Source: Nitrospirales bacterium
GTDB lineage: Bacteria > Nitrospirota > Nitrospiria > Nitrospirales > UBA8639
Length of the DNA: 64,000 nt
Reading direction: 5' to 3'
Assembly (NCBI GenBank): GCA_963555755.3
Contig: OY820905.2
Span: 3,488,001-3,552,000 of the forward strand
Each line of letters starts with the position of its first letter. Within the stretch, counting starts at the first letter, position 1. Below are positions 29,836-39,230 of the stretch, piece after piece. Made by a program: the position numbers and the translations under genes. Below the pieces are notes generated by a model. That model had not been told where the DNA came from and searched no databases. It saw nothing but the letters and a program-made list of their open reading frames with translations.

Positions 29836-30277
29836 GTGAGTCCTCGTCGTTGTCGTTGGACGACAAACTAAACACAATAGAGATAACCGTCACGGCGACA
29901 TCGACCGCTACACCAATTTGTGTCAGCATGATGCCCACATAACGGCGTGAAGCGACCTCGAGGCCGTAGATTTCGAGGGCGGCGTAATTCAAAAACTCCC
30001 CTCCCCCGATCAGACACAACCCACCGACCCCAGCAAATATCAGCAAACCAAGCCCATCACCATGCACCACCTTCTGCGCCACATTGCTATACGAAGCGTG
30101 AGGACCAAAAATGAGGATCGATAAAATCATACTCGTGCCAAAAATCACCCCACCCACAAATCCTCCCCCGGGGCCATACTGTCCAAAGAACAGCACATAC
30201 AATCCATACAATTGCATTAAGGGAATCAAGAGTCGTCCTAACATGAGAACAATGACACTATCGTGCGCTTGGATCAT
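29828..30277 (-). CDS. mrpB: Mrp antiporter subunit B-like (MnhB domain)
   Basis: GQYGPGGGFVGG motif; 4 TM. Confidence 0.85.
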   Translation of the reverse strand: MIQAHDSVIVLMLGRLLIPLMQLYGLYVLFFGQYGPGGGFVGGVIFGTSMILSILIFGPHASYSNVAQKVVHGDGLGLLIFAGVGGLCLIGGGEFLNYAALEIYGLEVASRRYVGIMLTQIGVAVDVAVTVISIVFSLSSNDNDEDSHA

Positions 30278-30804
30278 GCCTTGTTTCTCCTGAGCAACAA
30301 GGCACAGGCAATCCCGGCTGTAAAAATCACAACGGTCTCAAGCAACGTATCGAAAGCGCGGTAGTCCATAAGAACCGAGGTCACGACATTGGGGGTAAGG
30401 GTATCGTGCATACTGTTTTCCAAGTACACGGGAGAAATATGAACGCTTGCAGGAGAGGCAGGATCTCCAAATTTGGGAAGATCCTCGGCCGCATACAAGA
30501 GGAGAAAGCCAAGCAGAGGCAATCCGATCAACGCGGCCCAGGGAGGGGGCGGACGATGAAGGCGAGTATCCTTTGGAGCTGTCTCAAATAGCGTCAAGAG
30601 AAAAAACACCGTCCCCAAGCCCGCGCCCACGACTGCTTCAACAAACGCCACATCTACAGCTCCAATCCATGCCCACACCAACGCTAAAAAGAAACTGTAG
30701 GACCCCAAAATAAACACCGCTGGCACCAAGTCTTTGACCAGAATGGCTCCACCCGCTGTCAGAATCAGGAGAATCAGTAGAGGAATTTCAAATGAAAACG
30801 TCAT
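30274..30804 (-). CDS. DUF4040 / MrpB N-terminal-like subunit
   Basis: AVDVAFVEAVVGAG; PNVVTSVLMDYRAFDTLLE. Confidence 0.85.
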   Translation of the reverse strand: MTFSFEIPLLILLILTAGGAILVKDLVPAVFILGSYSFFLALVWAWIGAVDVAFVEAVVGAGLGTVFFLLTLFETAPKDTRLHRPPPPWAALIGLPLLGFLLLYAAEDLPKFGDPASPASVHISPVYLENSMHDTLTPNVVTSVLMDYRAFDTLLETVVIFTAGIACALLLRRNKA

Positions 30805-31100
30805 GGTTGTTCTCGCCCCCAAGGTTTGAGGCCAGAGCGAAGCGCCGCGCGAATGGTGGCATGTGAAACGACAGGATTCAATAGATACAGAAGAGCCAGA
30901 ACCACGAGAATTTTGAGCAGGTTCAAGCTGAATCCTTGGTAAATGGCCAACCCTGCCAATACCAGAAACGCACCCAAGGAGTCAGTCAGTGAGAGGGCAT
31001 GTGAGCGGGTAAACACATCTGGCAAACGCAGCATGCCAATGGCCGCGACGATCAGAAAAAACAATCCTGCGAGAATAAAAACGATGGCAATCAGAGACAT
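30801..31100 (-). CDS. mrpG: Mrp antiporter subunit G-like
   Basis: GMLRLPDVFTRSHA..D, NPVVSHA. Confidence 0.88.
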   Translation of the reverse strand: MSLIAIVFILAGLFFLIVAAIGMLRLPDVFTRSHALSLTDSLGAFLVLAGLAIYQGFSLNLLKILVVLALLYLLNPVVSHATIRAALRSGLKPWGREQP

Positions 31101-31367
31101 TTACGCCCTTCCTCGCTGTTCAAGAAATTTGGCAATGGCCAAGGCACCCACGAGATTGAGCAAGGCATATCCCGTGGAGATATCCACGAACATGTCCACC
31201 CGCCCATATACGGTCCCGATCACCACCAGCAAAATAATGGCTTTCGTCGAGATGCCATTGAGGCCCAACACTTGGTCAAACACTGTGGGGCCTTGGACCA
31301 CACGGTACAAATACGCCAAAATTAAGATCACAAGGACGATCAACACGAACAGAAAAAAGAATTTCAT
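31101..31367 (-). CDS. mrpF: Mrp antiporter subunit F-like
   Basis: RVVQGPTVFD, VDISTGYALLN, AKFL. Confidence 0.88.
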   Translation of the reverse strand: MKFFFLFVLIVLVILILAYLYRVVQGPTVFDQVLGLNGISTKAIILLVVIGTVYGRVDMFVDISTGYALLNLVGALAIAKFLEQRGRA

Positions 31368-31861
31368 GCTGAACCCTCTTGCTGCCGAAACACCTTGGCA
31401 ATTTTTTGTTCGAGCCGTTGACTGGTCAAATCATCGCCAGATGCATCATCCATCGCATGGACGATGAGTTCCTGAGCATTCACTTCAGCCGTGATCGTGC
31501 CAGGAGTCAGCGTAATGGAATTTCCTAGAAGAACGATGGCGGCTTGGCCCTGCAACTTGGTTCGGTAGTGAATAAGCTTCGGATCAATGGGAAGAGCAGG
31601 ATGAAGAATGAGGGCAGTCAGATGAAGACTGCTGAGCACAATGCGCCCAAAGAGCCACGGGAAATACCCCAAAATTCGCAACAGGGGTAAGTTTCGGAAA
31701 GGAGAGTCTGCGTGGCCTGAATTCAGCCAAGCCACGCCAAAAGACACCACGAGCCCGAGGCCCATATGAAACGGGTTATATTTTCCTGACAAAATGAGCC
31801 AAATGACAAAAAAAACCAAACTCTTCAAGATGAGTGTTTTATAGAGGCTAGAGTTCATCAT
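31364..31861 (-). CDS. mrpE: Mrp antiporter subunit E-like
   Basis: WLILSG, NSITLTPGT, VHAM. Confidence 0.88.
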   Translation of the reverse strand: MMNSSLYKTLILKSLVFFVIWLILSGKYNPFHMGLGLVVSFGVAWLNSGHADSPFRNLPLLRILGYFPWLFGRIVLSSLHLTALILHPALPIDPKLIHYRTKLQGQAAIVLLGNSITLTPGTITAEVNAQELIVHAMDDASGDDLTSQRLEQKIAKVFRQQEGSA

Positions 31862-31882
31862 GTTTCTGGGTCTATGAAAATC

Positions 31883-34800
31883 CTACCCACCCGCGGTCAA
31901 CGCCATGTGTTCCCAAGTTGCATCAGGGTTATATCGATGAATCTCAAAGGTGTTGGGGTCCAGTGCAATAAGATTAAGCCATTGGTTATGGAAAAGCTGC
32001 TGAAGGATCGCGTGTTTTTGAACGATGGACGAGATGACACTCGGCATCGCTTCAATGATAGCCAGCAGCCGAACCGGTTCGTGGTAATGAACATCACCGT
32101 TGTTGACGGTCTGTAGGGGAAAGCCCATTTGTAAATCGCTTTGGCTTCCCAACATCATCCCAACACCACCCACCACATTGTGCAGAACCTTACTCCCACT
32201 GCCATAGACCCATGGGTCAACCGCCGAGAAATAATAGCCCAGATTAATCCACTCTCCGACAATCAAGGGCGCTGTCATAATTTTTTCGAGGATGGCGCCT
32301 TGGGGATCGGCAATTGGATCATAGGAATGTAAAAAGACACGGCCGCCCAAATTCAAGCCTTTGGTCAGCTTTCGTCTTCCAATTAAAAAGGCGGCATTTC
32401 CTGCCAGTCCCCATTCCGGACGAGGGTTGGCCCAATCGCAGCTACGTTCCTCCACATGAGCAAAGGCCTTTTCTGGAGAAATCTCTGTCGGAGCGTTTGG
32501 GATGCGACGGCACCGTTCCAGAGCCTGATTGGCTCCGGCTTCTTCGAGATCCTTGCGCAACACCTGTAAATCCTCTCTATGAGTTTCGGGAAATACTTCC
32601 AGGTCGTAAAACGTGACCCGATCAGTGGTGGTATTGTGCTTGCCCGGAAGAAACCAGGTGTCATCAGGAATGGGTAATCCCTTCTCTTTGAGGATGCGAC
32701 GAACTTCCGGCTCGTTGGCCATTGCGGCAAAGACGCGTGCGTTCGGATCCCCTGGAGCTCCACCGCACGCGCCACAATCCAATGCTCCAAAATAGGGATT
32801 GTTGTCGGTCTCACTGCCATGCCCACACAGGCAAACTAACCGACCATAATTTTGTGTGAGCCCCATCGCACGCAGTCCGTTTTCTATGAACGTGGCCCGT
32901 TCCGTCAGAGAGAAACCCTGTGAGAGCCCAACAGGAATCCCTTCAGCATTCACATCTCCTACTTTTGGGTGTTGAGGATCGGATGGTGCTGACACCGAAA
33001 TCTGTGTCGGCACCGTATGGGTAAACCAACCCCCGATGGTCGATGTGATTGCGTGAAATGGTTTTTGGAGCAGCGTTTTGCCAACCAGACCTAAACTAAA
33101 AAAGACCCCCAGCACATCAATCACCATCATCGAGCCAATCGGGTTATGCTTTAGATCGTGGAACAGATGATGACCGAGCTGATGCCAGCGCGTGCCAGAA
33201 GAATATTTTTGCAATGCCCGTTCTTCTCCCAGCCGAGGCACTTCTGTGACCGCATGGTTGGGTGAAAGTAACACAGGGCATAAGGCTAAACGTTGGTCAC
33301 TATCAAAGGCTTGATGACTGATTGGAATGCCAAAAAATCCGGCGAACCCTAAGGTTTCATAGGGGCCTTGGGCTTCAATATGGCGGCGAAATGATTCGGA
33401 TCGCACATCAATACAAAACACGAGTTGCGCCCGCGGGCGCATTTCTAAGGCCGGAACAGTCCCTCGATGCGCAGAAATTTTTTGAAGGATCTCCCCGCGA
33501 AAACCCTCTTCATACGCCTCGAGCCACACTGGGCCATGGCGATCTGCGGGAAAACCTTCCAGCCAACTCAACAAGGTCTGGGCATCCGAGAAGGAGAGGT
33601 CGTGCAGCTCTATTGGAGACAGCTCAAGAAACTGTGCAAGGTGAAACAACCGCCAGGCATCCCGGCAAATAGCCTGTGTCCGGGGATCAACAGCATGAGC
33701 GCTTTCCCTCACTTGGTTCTCATATTCATCCGGTCGATCCTGCCAAAAGGCGATCAACGCGGAAGCGGTTCCATCAATCCCCCACTCTCGCTGACAGATG
33801 ATTTGGGCCAGTTCCAGTTCATAGAACAGGCGAACGGCTAGATACTGTGTGGTGTCAATGGGGTGCTTGTGTTGCGCATGATACGCTGGATTTTCCCCAA
33901 GCCATCGAATGTACCGCGTCCAACCCGGCAATAATGATAACTGCCTTGACAGATAATCTTTCCATTGTTCTTGTGGGATTCCAAGACGATGCAAACTGGC
34001 TACGACTGCATCTTCAGGTTCGTTTGGAAGATCGTGGATTTTTTGTGAGAAATCTTTTATCCCAAGAAATGTTCCTGAATGATCTTGTTGAACCAATTCT
34101 CGCCAAGCCTGATAAAAGCCTTCGTGTCGTAAGGGCATTTCCCATCCGGCTAACCCTTCATCAAGAAAGGCCGCCACCCATTTGATGAGTTGACCGTTGA
34201 TTGACTCGACCAATGTTGTTCCGGCCAACACATCCACCCAATCGCTGAGCGTTCGCTGAGCTGGAAGCGAAATATTCAATTGAGCGTGAGGGTCATCTGA
34301 AACGCCAGAGAGGGAACTCCTCGATGTTGGATCGCTGGAATGGGCATCAGATAGTTGCAGGACGGCCAAAGTGCTCTTCCACAAATTTGTGAGATAGGCC
34401 TCCTCAGGATAATCTCGACAATGCTCACATTCTCTGATCGTTCGTTCGATGATTCGTTGCCGAGATTCATCTGAAAGGTCTTGACGAAAACGCTTGGTGG
34501 CCCTACCCCCACTGAGTTCCCATTGCAGGAGGGTTGTCTCACAAGGTTCAAACCCATGGACGAGGTGCAATGCCCAAATATCAAGGGCCGTCACCCGGCG
34601 GCTTCCTATTTGGACAGAATCTTGTTTTTCTGGTCGAGGTCCAACTCTCGCGAAAGCACGCTTGAGGCTTTCGGGGGTAATGCGACCATCTCGATAGAAC
34701 TGCCGATACTCTTCATTTGGCAGATACCCATTTCCGCCTACCAGGCGTTTGCCTTTTCGAACCGCCTGGTCAAACGGAAGATATTCCAATCCATGAATAG

Positions 34801-34924
34801 GATTCTGGGCGACCATCGTTCTCATAGGCCAAAACGGAGCAATCGGTTCGCTCGCCTGTTCAACAGTCTGTCGTACCTGATCGCGCTCTTCTTGGGAAAT
34901 CGTATTTGTGGAAGTGATGCTCAT
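31883..34924 (-). CDS. dabA: inorganic carbon transporter subunit DabA/MpsB (DUF2309)
   Basis: IAPFWP...NP, FCIDVRSE, GFAGFFG, CGHGS, LDCGACGG, HNTTTD, RPEWGLAGNA, GSGSKVLHNV, HEPVRL. Start placed at ATG 34924, downstream of the leader terminator. Confidence 0.95.
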   Translation of the reverse strand: MSITSTNTISQEERDQVRQTVEQASEPIAPFWPMRTMVAQNPIHGLEYLPFDQAVRKGKRLVGGNGYLPNEEYRQFYRDGRITPESLKRAFARVGPRPEKQDSVQIGSRRVTALDIWALHLVHGFEPCETTLLQWELSGGRATKRFRQDLSDESRQRIIERTIRECEHCRDYPEEAYLTNLWKSTLAVLQLSDAHSSDPTSRSSLSGVSDDPHAQLNISLPAQRTLSDWVDVLAGTTLVESINGQLIKWVAAFLDEGLAGWEMPLRHEGFYQAWRELVQQDHSGTFLGIKDFSQKIHDLPNEPEDAVVASLHRLGIPQEQWKDYLSRQLSLLPGWTRYIRWLGENPAYHAQHKHPIDTTQYLAVRLFYELELAQIICQREWGIDGTASALIAFWQDRPDEYENQVRESAHAVDPRTQAICRDAWRLFHLAQFLELSPIELHDLSFSDAQTLLSWLEGFPADRHGPVWLEAYEEGFRGEILQKISAHRGTVPALEMRPRAQLVFCIDVRSESFRRHIEAQGPYETLGFAGFFGIPISHQAFDSDQRLALCPVLLSPNHAVTEVPRLGEERALQKYSSGTRWHQLGHHLFHDLKHNPIGSMMVIDVLGVFFSLGLVGKTLLQKPFHAITSTIGGWFTHTVPTQISVSAPSDPQHPKVGDVNAEGIPVGLSQGFSLTERATFIENGLRAMGLTQNYGRLVCLCGHGSETDNNPYFGALDCGACGGAPGDPNARVFAAMANEPEVRRILKEKGLPIPDDTWFLPGKHNTTTDRVTFYDLEVFPETHREDLQVLRKDLEEAGANQALERCRRIPNAPTEISPEKAFAHVEERSCDWANPRPEWGLAGNAAFLIGRRKLTKGLNLGGRVFLHSYDPIADPQGAILEKIMTAPLIVGEWINLGYYFSAVDPWVYGSGSKVLHNVVGGVGMMLGSQSDLQMGFPLQTVNNGDVHYHEPVRLLAIIEAMPSVISSIVQKHAILQQLFHNQWLNLIALDPNTFEIHRYNPDATWEHMALTAGG

Positions 34925-34956
34925 GAATCGTCGTGTACGGAACAATGATTGAACAT

Positions 34957-35055
34957 AAAAAAAGCCAACCGCTTTTACCTCCTGTTCAGAGGACCACGGT
35001 TGGCTTGCACTGTGGCTGACCGTATTCACCTAGCGAGTCAACCACCCCACAGCCT
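34957..35055 (-). promoter_or_regulatory. candidate cis-regulatory RNA (hairpin + AGUGCAA + intrinsic terminator) in the dabA leader
   Basis: Minus strand GCUGUG-GGGUGG-UUGAC..GUCAG-C-CAC-AGUGCAA-GCCAACCG...CGGUUGGC-U7; same architecture at 38120-38218. Confidence 0.75.
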
Positions 35056-35220
35056 ATGTTGAAAGGTTAGGCTCAATCCTAGAATTCCTGCCACCCTCAG
35101 CTGAAACCCGTGAAGGAAGCAGGGGCCTATCCTTGACCTCTCAAAAATCAATAGCTTATATCATCTTTTTTAGCAAGGACTCTTGGTCGGAACAAGAGAT
35201 TTTTAGTCAGCAGGAGACTA

Positions 35221-35628
35221 TTGCCCATGGGTTATGGACAAAGCAAAGGCGAGGCGGAGACAGCCATCCGCAATGCCATCATTAAATTCGAACAAGAATT
35301 TATGGGACGCGGGCCAACGGACGTCAAAGCCTTCATCCTTCGTGACATGGTCTTGGTGAGACTGAAAGGGGTGTTAACTCCAGCGGAACGCCAACTTGCC
35401 AAGAATCCCGAAGGTGTTGAAATGGTCAAACAGATGCGACAAAACTTGATCTCACAAGGGCGAGAAAAACTCTGTAGCCAAATTTCCGCTATTACCGGGA
35501 CCGAGGTCACAGGATTATTTACCGATATCGAGACCCAAATCGGTGAACGCGTGATGGTCTTTACCCTCGAAAACGACCTTGACGCGACCTTCCGCGAGCC
35601 CTCAACTTTTTCAAAAACTTCACAGTAG
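35221..35628 (+). CDS. DUF2294 (MpsC/YbcI-like) protein
   Basis: SKGEAE..I..AIIKFEQEFMGRGP..VK...DMVLVRLKGVLTPAE..L, LFTDI....GERVMVFTL. Confidence 0.9.
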   Translation: MPMGYGQSKGEAETAIRNAIIKFEQEFMGRGPTDVKAFILRDMVLVRLKGVLTPAERQLAKNPEGVEMVKQMRQNLISQGREKLCSQISAITGTEVTGLFTDIETQIGERVMVFTLENDLDATFREPSTFSKTSQ

Positions 35629-35790
35629 TTTGGAAAGAATATAGACAATTCGGTCCCGTGATCCTTCGGAGGAGGATTGGGGAAAAATAGGATTGTAAAC
35701 AATACCAGAGCGGTGACAAGAGGTTTGTCCCAGGGACGGGCGACCGGAAGCAGGCAAACGGCGAGAGGTGAGCGGAGAGAATCGATCTAT

Positions 35791-35946
35791 TTAGAAAATC
35801 TTAGCAAGCAACGCGCGGATTGGATTCACAGGCGCTTCAGAATGTGAAGGACTTTTGTTTTCGGAGGATGAAGCGTCCTTTTCGACTTTCTTCGTGACCT
35901 TTTGATCACGATGAAGACTTCTGTACAAGAGATCAAAATCACTCAT
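35791..35946 (-). CDS. 51-aa small protein (below ORF-track cutoff)
   Basis: GGAGG RBS; MSDFDLLYRSLHRDQKVTKKVEKDASSSENKSPSHSEAPVNPIRALLAKIF; sigma54 promoter upstream. Confidence 0.7.
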   Translation of the reverse strand: MSDFDLLYRSLHRDQKVTKKVEKDASSSENKSPSHSEAPVNPIRALLAKIF

Positions 35947-35984
35947 GATATTCCCTCCAGGTAATTATCAATTACCTATAACAA

Positions 35985-36129
35985 AGCAAAGATGATGCCA
36001 AATCCCACAAAGATAATTTTTCAGAAAATTGATAAAAAACAATAACTTATGAATGCAAAATGGCTTATTGAATAACAACAATTCATCAATGAGCAAAGAC
36101 GCACAGGTTCGAATGAGCGAATTCGCACA
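35985..36129 (-). promoter_or_regulatory. sigma54 promoter with two upstream activator-like sites
   Basis: Minus strand TTGGCATCATCTTTGCT (GG-N10-GC); TGAGC-N6-GCACA boxes at 36090-36105 and 36114-36129. Confidence 0.7.
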
Positions 36130-36295
36130 CAAATGTTGAAATCTGATCTAGAGAGGAGGGTGAAGAAGTACACTAGAAGGCCAGGCGTGGCGATGCGCCG
36201 TCAAGAGAAAGAAGAGTGGAAAAGTGTATAAACCTGCATTTCATCTTTCCGGCACTGTCAGGTAAAAGAAAGTCCTATGAAGAGAAATCCTCCTT

Positions 36296-36392
36296 TCGTC
36301 ATCCTCGCAATTTTTAAGCGGGGATCCATCTGCTTTTTTTCCTGGCAGAAACAGCAAGATGGATTCCCGCTAACGACCGGCGGGAATGACGG
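36296..36392. repeat. REP-like inverted pair downstream of sulP
   Basis: CGTCATCCTCGC...GCGGGGATCCATC and GATGGATTCCCGC...GCGGGAATGACG. Confidence 0.65.
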
Positions 36393-36417
36393 GGCAAGAG
36401 TAAAGTTACCTCTTTCT

Positions 36418-38082
36418 TTATGAATCGTGAAGGTCCTTTTGCCAGAGTTTTGGCTTCTTATGAGCAGCGACGATAGAATCAGCAATGGGTTGATGCTCTG
36501 CTAACCCCCGAACCAATAATTCACAATCTTTTTCCTCGAATTCTATAATCCATTCATAGAGCTTGGACATCACGGTGTGATCGACTAATCGAGTGTCGGC
36601 GAAATTCAGCCTGACGTTTTTTCCTTCTTCCAGGTAGCGATGAAGATACTTGCGCAACGGGATCCAGGTGCTAAAAACAGCTGAATCTTTCACATAGATG
36701 GTCACGGTGTTGTCATCTGATTCGACAACCTCAACGTTCAATTTGAAAAACGAGGAAACCGGGGCTCCATTGATGAGATGAATAACCACTTTCACTCCGA
36801 TCCCAATAGCAATGCCTTTCAGAAGATCAGTTGCGAGGACTCCCACGATCGTAGACATAAAAACAATGAACTGGTCTTTTCCCAAATGATACATGTGGAC
36901 AAATTCTTGGGGTGACGCCAATCGAAAACCCGTAAAGACTAACAATGCGCCCAAAGCCGCCAACGGGATTTGATTGATCAGCCCGGGGATTAAAGCCACA
37001 AACACCAATAGAAAAAGCCCATGATACATATTGGCAAACCGCGTCCTCGCTCCATTGTCGATATTCGCCTTACTTCGAATAATCTCTGAAATCATCGGCA
37101 ATCCACCAACCAAGGCCGCCAGCGTATTGCCGACACCCACCGCAAGCAAATCTTGATCCATATTTGTCTTTCGTCCCCAGGGATCAATACCATCAATCGC
37201 CTTCGCACTGAGCAACGACTCCAGGCTCCCGATTAACGCAAACATGATCACGTACTTTATGCCGATCGAAGTCGTGAGCCCCGAAAAATCGGGAAGGGTC
37301 AGAGCACTGAACATGTTTTTCGGAACATTCACCAAGAACTGTGTTCCTAAGACATATGTCTGATCATGAAAGGCATACGTTCCTTCCTGTCCTACACCCA
37401 AAAATAGCCCCAGAGGAACGGCGACGAACAACACGATCATCGGCGCCGGCACGATTTTCAATTTTTGATTTTTGATGAAGGTATACCCAAACATGATCAG
37501 TATGCTCACAATTCCAATTAAGCCAATTTTTGGATTCATCTCCATCACAAATGTTGGGAAGTTGGCTAAGAGGTCTAATGGTGTCCCTTCAGAACTAAGC
37601 CCCATCATGATCGGAAACTGCTTGGCGATAATGATGACCCCAATGGCTGCCAACAATCCATGAATCGCCGTCGTTGGGAAAAACTCTCCCAGGATCCCTG
37701 CCCGGAACACCCCAAGGAAAATTTGAAGAACACCAGCGGCGACCCCAACGCCCAGAGCCAACCGGTACGCTTGGTAATCCGCTGCCGGATCCTTTCCTCC
37801 TGTAAAACCAAATTCAGTGACGCAGCCAATCGCGATGACAATGAGCCCCGCAGCTGGGCCTTTAATCGTGAGTTCGGAATTACTGAAGAACGTGGCTAAG
37901 AGACCACCGATGATGGCAGTAAAAATTCCAGAAATGGCTGGATACCCACAGGCTAAAGAAATGCCGAGGCACAGGGGAAGGGCAATGAGAAACACCAGAA
38001 ACCCAGACAGAAGATCTTCCGGGAAATGCGCTCGCAGCCCTGCGAGATTTCCTTTTGGTATGGATGCAGTGTTTGATTGCAT
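36418..38082 (-). CDS. SulP/SLC26 family anion (probably bicarbonate) transporter with STAS-like tail
   Basis: DLLSGFLVFLIALPLCLGISLACG, IKGPAAGL, ESLLSAKA, GGLPMISEIIRS..N; start at ATG 38082, after the leader terminator. Confidence 0.92.
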   Translation of the reverse strand: MQSNTASIPKGNLAGLRAHFPEDLLSGFLVFLIALPLCLGISLACGYPAISGIFTAIIGGLLATFFSNSELTIKGPAAGLIVIAIGCVTEFGFTGGKDPAADYQAYRLALGVGVAAGVLQIFLGVFRAGILGEFFPTTAIHGLLAAIGVIIIAKQFPIMMGLSSEGTPLDLLANFPTFVMEMNPKIGLIGIVSILIMFGYTFIKNQKLKIVPAPMIVLFVAVPLGLFLGVGQEGTYAFHDQTYVLGTQFLVNVPKNMFSALTLPDFSGLTTSIGIKYVIMFALIGSLESLLSAKAIDGIDPWGRKTNMDQDLLAVGVGNTLAALVGGLPMISEIIRSKANIDNGARTRFANMYHGLFLLVFVALIPGLINQIPLAALGALLVFTGFRLASPQEFVHMYHLGKDQFIVFMSTIVGVLATDLLKGIAIGIGVKVVIHLINGAPVSSFFKLNVEVVESDDNTVTIYVKDSAVFSTWIPLRKYLHRYLEEGKNVRLNFADTRLVDHTVMSKLYEWIIEFEEKDCELLVRGLAEHQPIADSIVAAHKKPKLWQKDLHDS

Positions 38083-38119
38083 TAAAATGGACTTTCTTAA
38101 TCCCTCAACACACTGGCAC

Positions 38120-38218
38120 AAAAAACCAGTCAGAATTCAGGGAGACCCTCCACGAATCCTCAACTGGCTTGCACTGTACCTGGGCTTAAACATCTGAAAC
38201 CCAGCTACCCTACCTACC
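38120..38218 (-). promoter_or_regulatory. candidate cis-regulatory RNA in the sulP leader (same motif as dabA leader)
   Basis: Minus strand GUA-GGGUAG-CUGGGUUU..AAGCCCAG-G-UAC-AGUGCAA-GCCAGUU...GACUGGU-U5. Confidence 0.75.
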
Positions 38219-38350
38219 GATGTATAAAGTGGGACCACAACCATGACATCCCACCATTTGCCTGTCTTCTGTTCAAAAGAATTTTAGCTTGAGCACCCAA
38301 ATGGAGCAACTAGTTTTTTTTGTTGGGGGATCGAGTAAAAGGCATCACAG

Positions 38351-38463
38351 AAAACTCGAAATCCGAATATCGAAATTCGAAACAAATCAGAAATCCTAAA
38401 TTCGAACTTTTCAATTGGGATATTCCCATGTGTTTCGGATTTCGATATTCGTGCTTCGGATTT
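38351..38463. repeat. heptamer-based inverted repeat cassette, copy 2
   Basis: AAACTCGAAATCCGAATATCGAAATTCGAAAC...GTTTCGGATTTCGATATTCGTGCTTCGGATTT. Confidence 0.75.
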
Positions 38464-38615
38464 ACGCTCTTATTCTTCCTCCATCAACAAAGAGAACGCA
38501 AATATTTTGAAAAAGCTATAAATAGCCGACAGCACAATTGAGGAAATCAGGGATGGCTTGCCTAAGTATATCGAACCATGCGCAATGAGGGGTTCACAAA
38601 AGGTCGGACGACGAA

Positions 38616-39230
38616 TCACTCCAGCGGGACTTCAAGGACGAGTCCGCCCATCACATCATTCAATTTGAAATCACGTTTGGTAGATTCGGTATGCGCATTA
38701 TGGCAAGAGACGCAGGCACGGCTGACAGCGCGATCTGGGTAGATCGCTTTAAAATACGGTTTGTTGTTGACCATAATCTCTTCCTCAACCACTTCCCCAA
38801 ATTTCACGACCTGGTCTAACATCTCACGCTCATGGTCCGAGGCCGGAGTATTTCGTGAATTGAGGGGCCAAGGACTGATCAGGCGATAGCGAAAGGGCGC
38901 ATCCCGGACATGAAGACTGCGAGAGGCCTCGCGCAAAAACTGAACGGGCAGAGGCAGGGTCTTTTCTTTCACCCAATTTTCAGAGGCCGTCACAATAAGC
39001 ATGGCTTCCATCCGCTCAACAATATGTTGCGTATAAAATGTCCGATCCGCTTCAATAACGGCATGAAGATAATCTGCTGCCGTACGAGCAGGAATAAAGT
39101 TAGCTGGAGGGATCTGAGATCGGATGCCCCATCCTAAACCCATTCCCACTATTAGCATGAGAACCGAGAGGCCTATCAGTCGGACATTCATGCTTATTCC
39201 ATCACCTTTCTTCTCATCTACTGGAATCAT
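38616..39230 (-). CDS. DUF3365 (Tll0287-like) c-type heme protein
   Basis: TM/signal segment, DRTFYT, PLP, YRLIS..PLN, ACVSCHN, FKLNDVMGG. Confidence 0.85.
   Translation of the reverse strand: MIPVDEKKGDGISMNVRLIGLSVLMLIVGMGLGWGIRSQIPPANFIPARTAADYLHAVIEADRTFYTQHIVERMEAMLIVTASENWVKEKTLPLPVQFLREASRSLHVRDAPFRYRLISPWPLNSRNTPASDHEREMLDQVVKFGEVVEEEIMVNNKPYFKAIYPDRAVSRACVSCHNAHTESTKRDFKLNDVMGGLVLEVPLE

Noticed and set aside
34925..35029. N-terminal extension of DabA in the ORF track (and of SulP, 38083-38121)
   Set aside because: These codons overlap the leader hairpin and terminator; downstream ATGs fit better.
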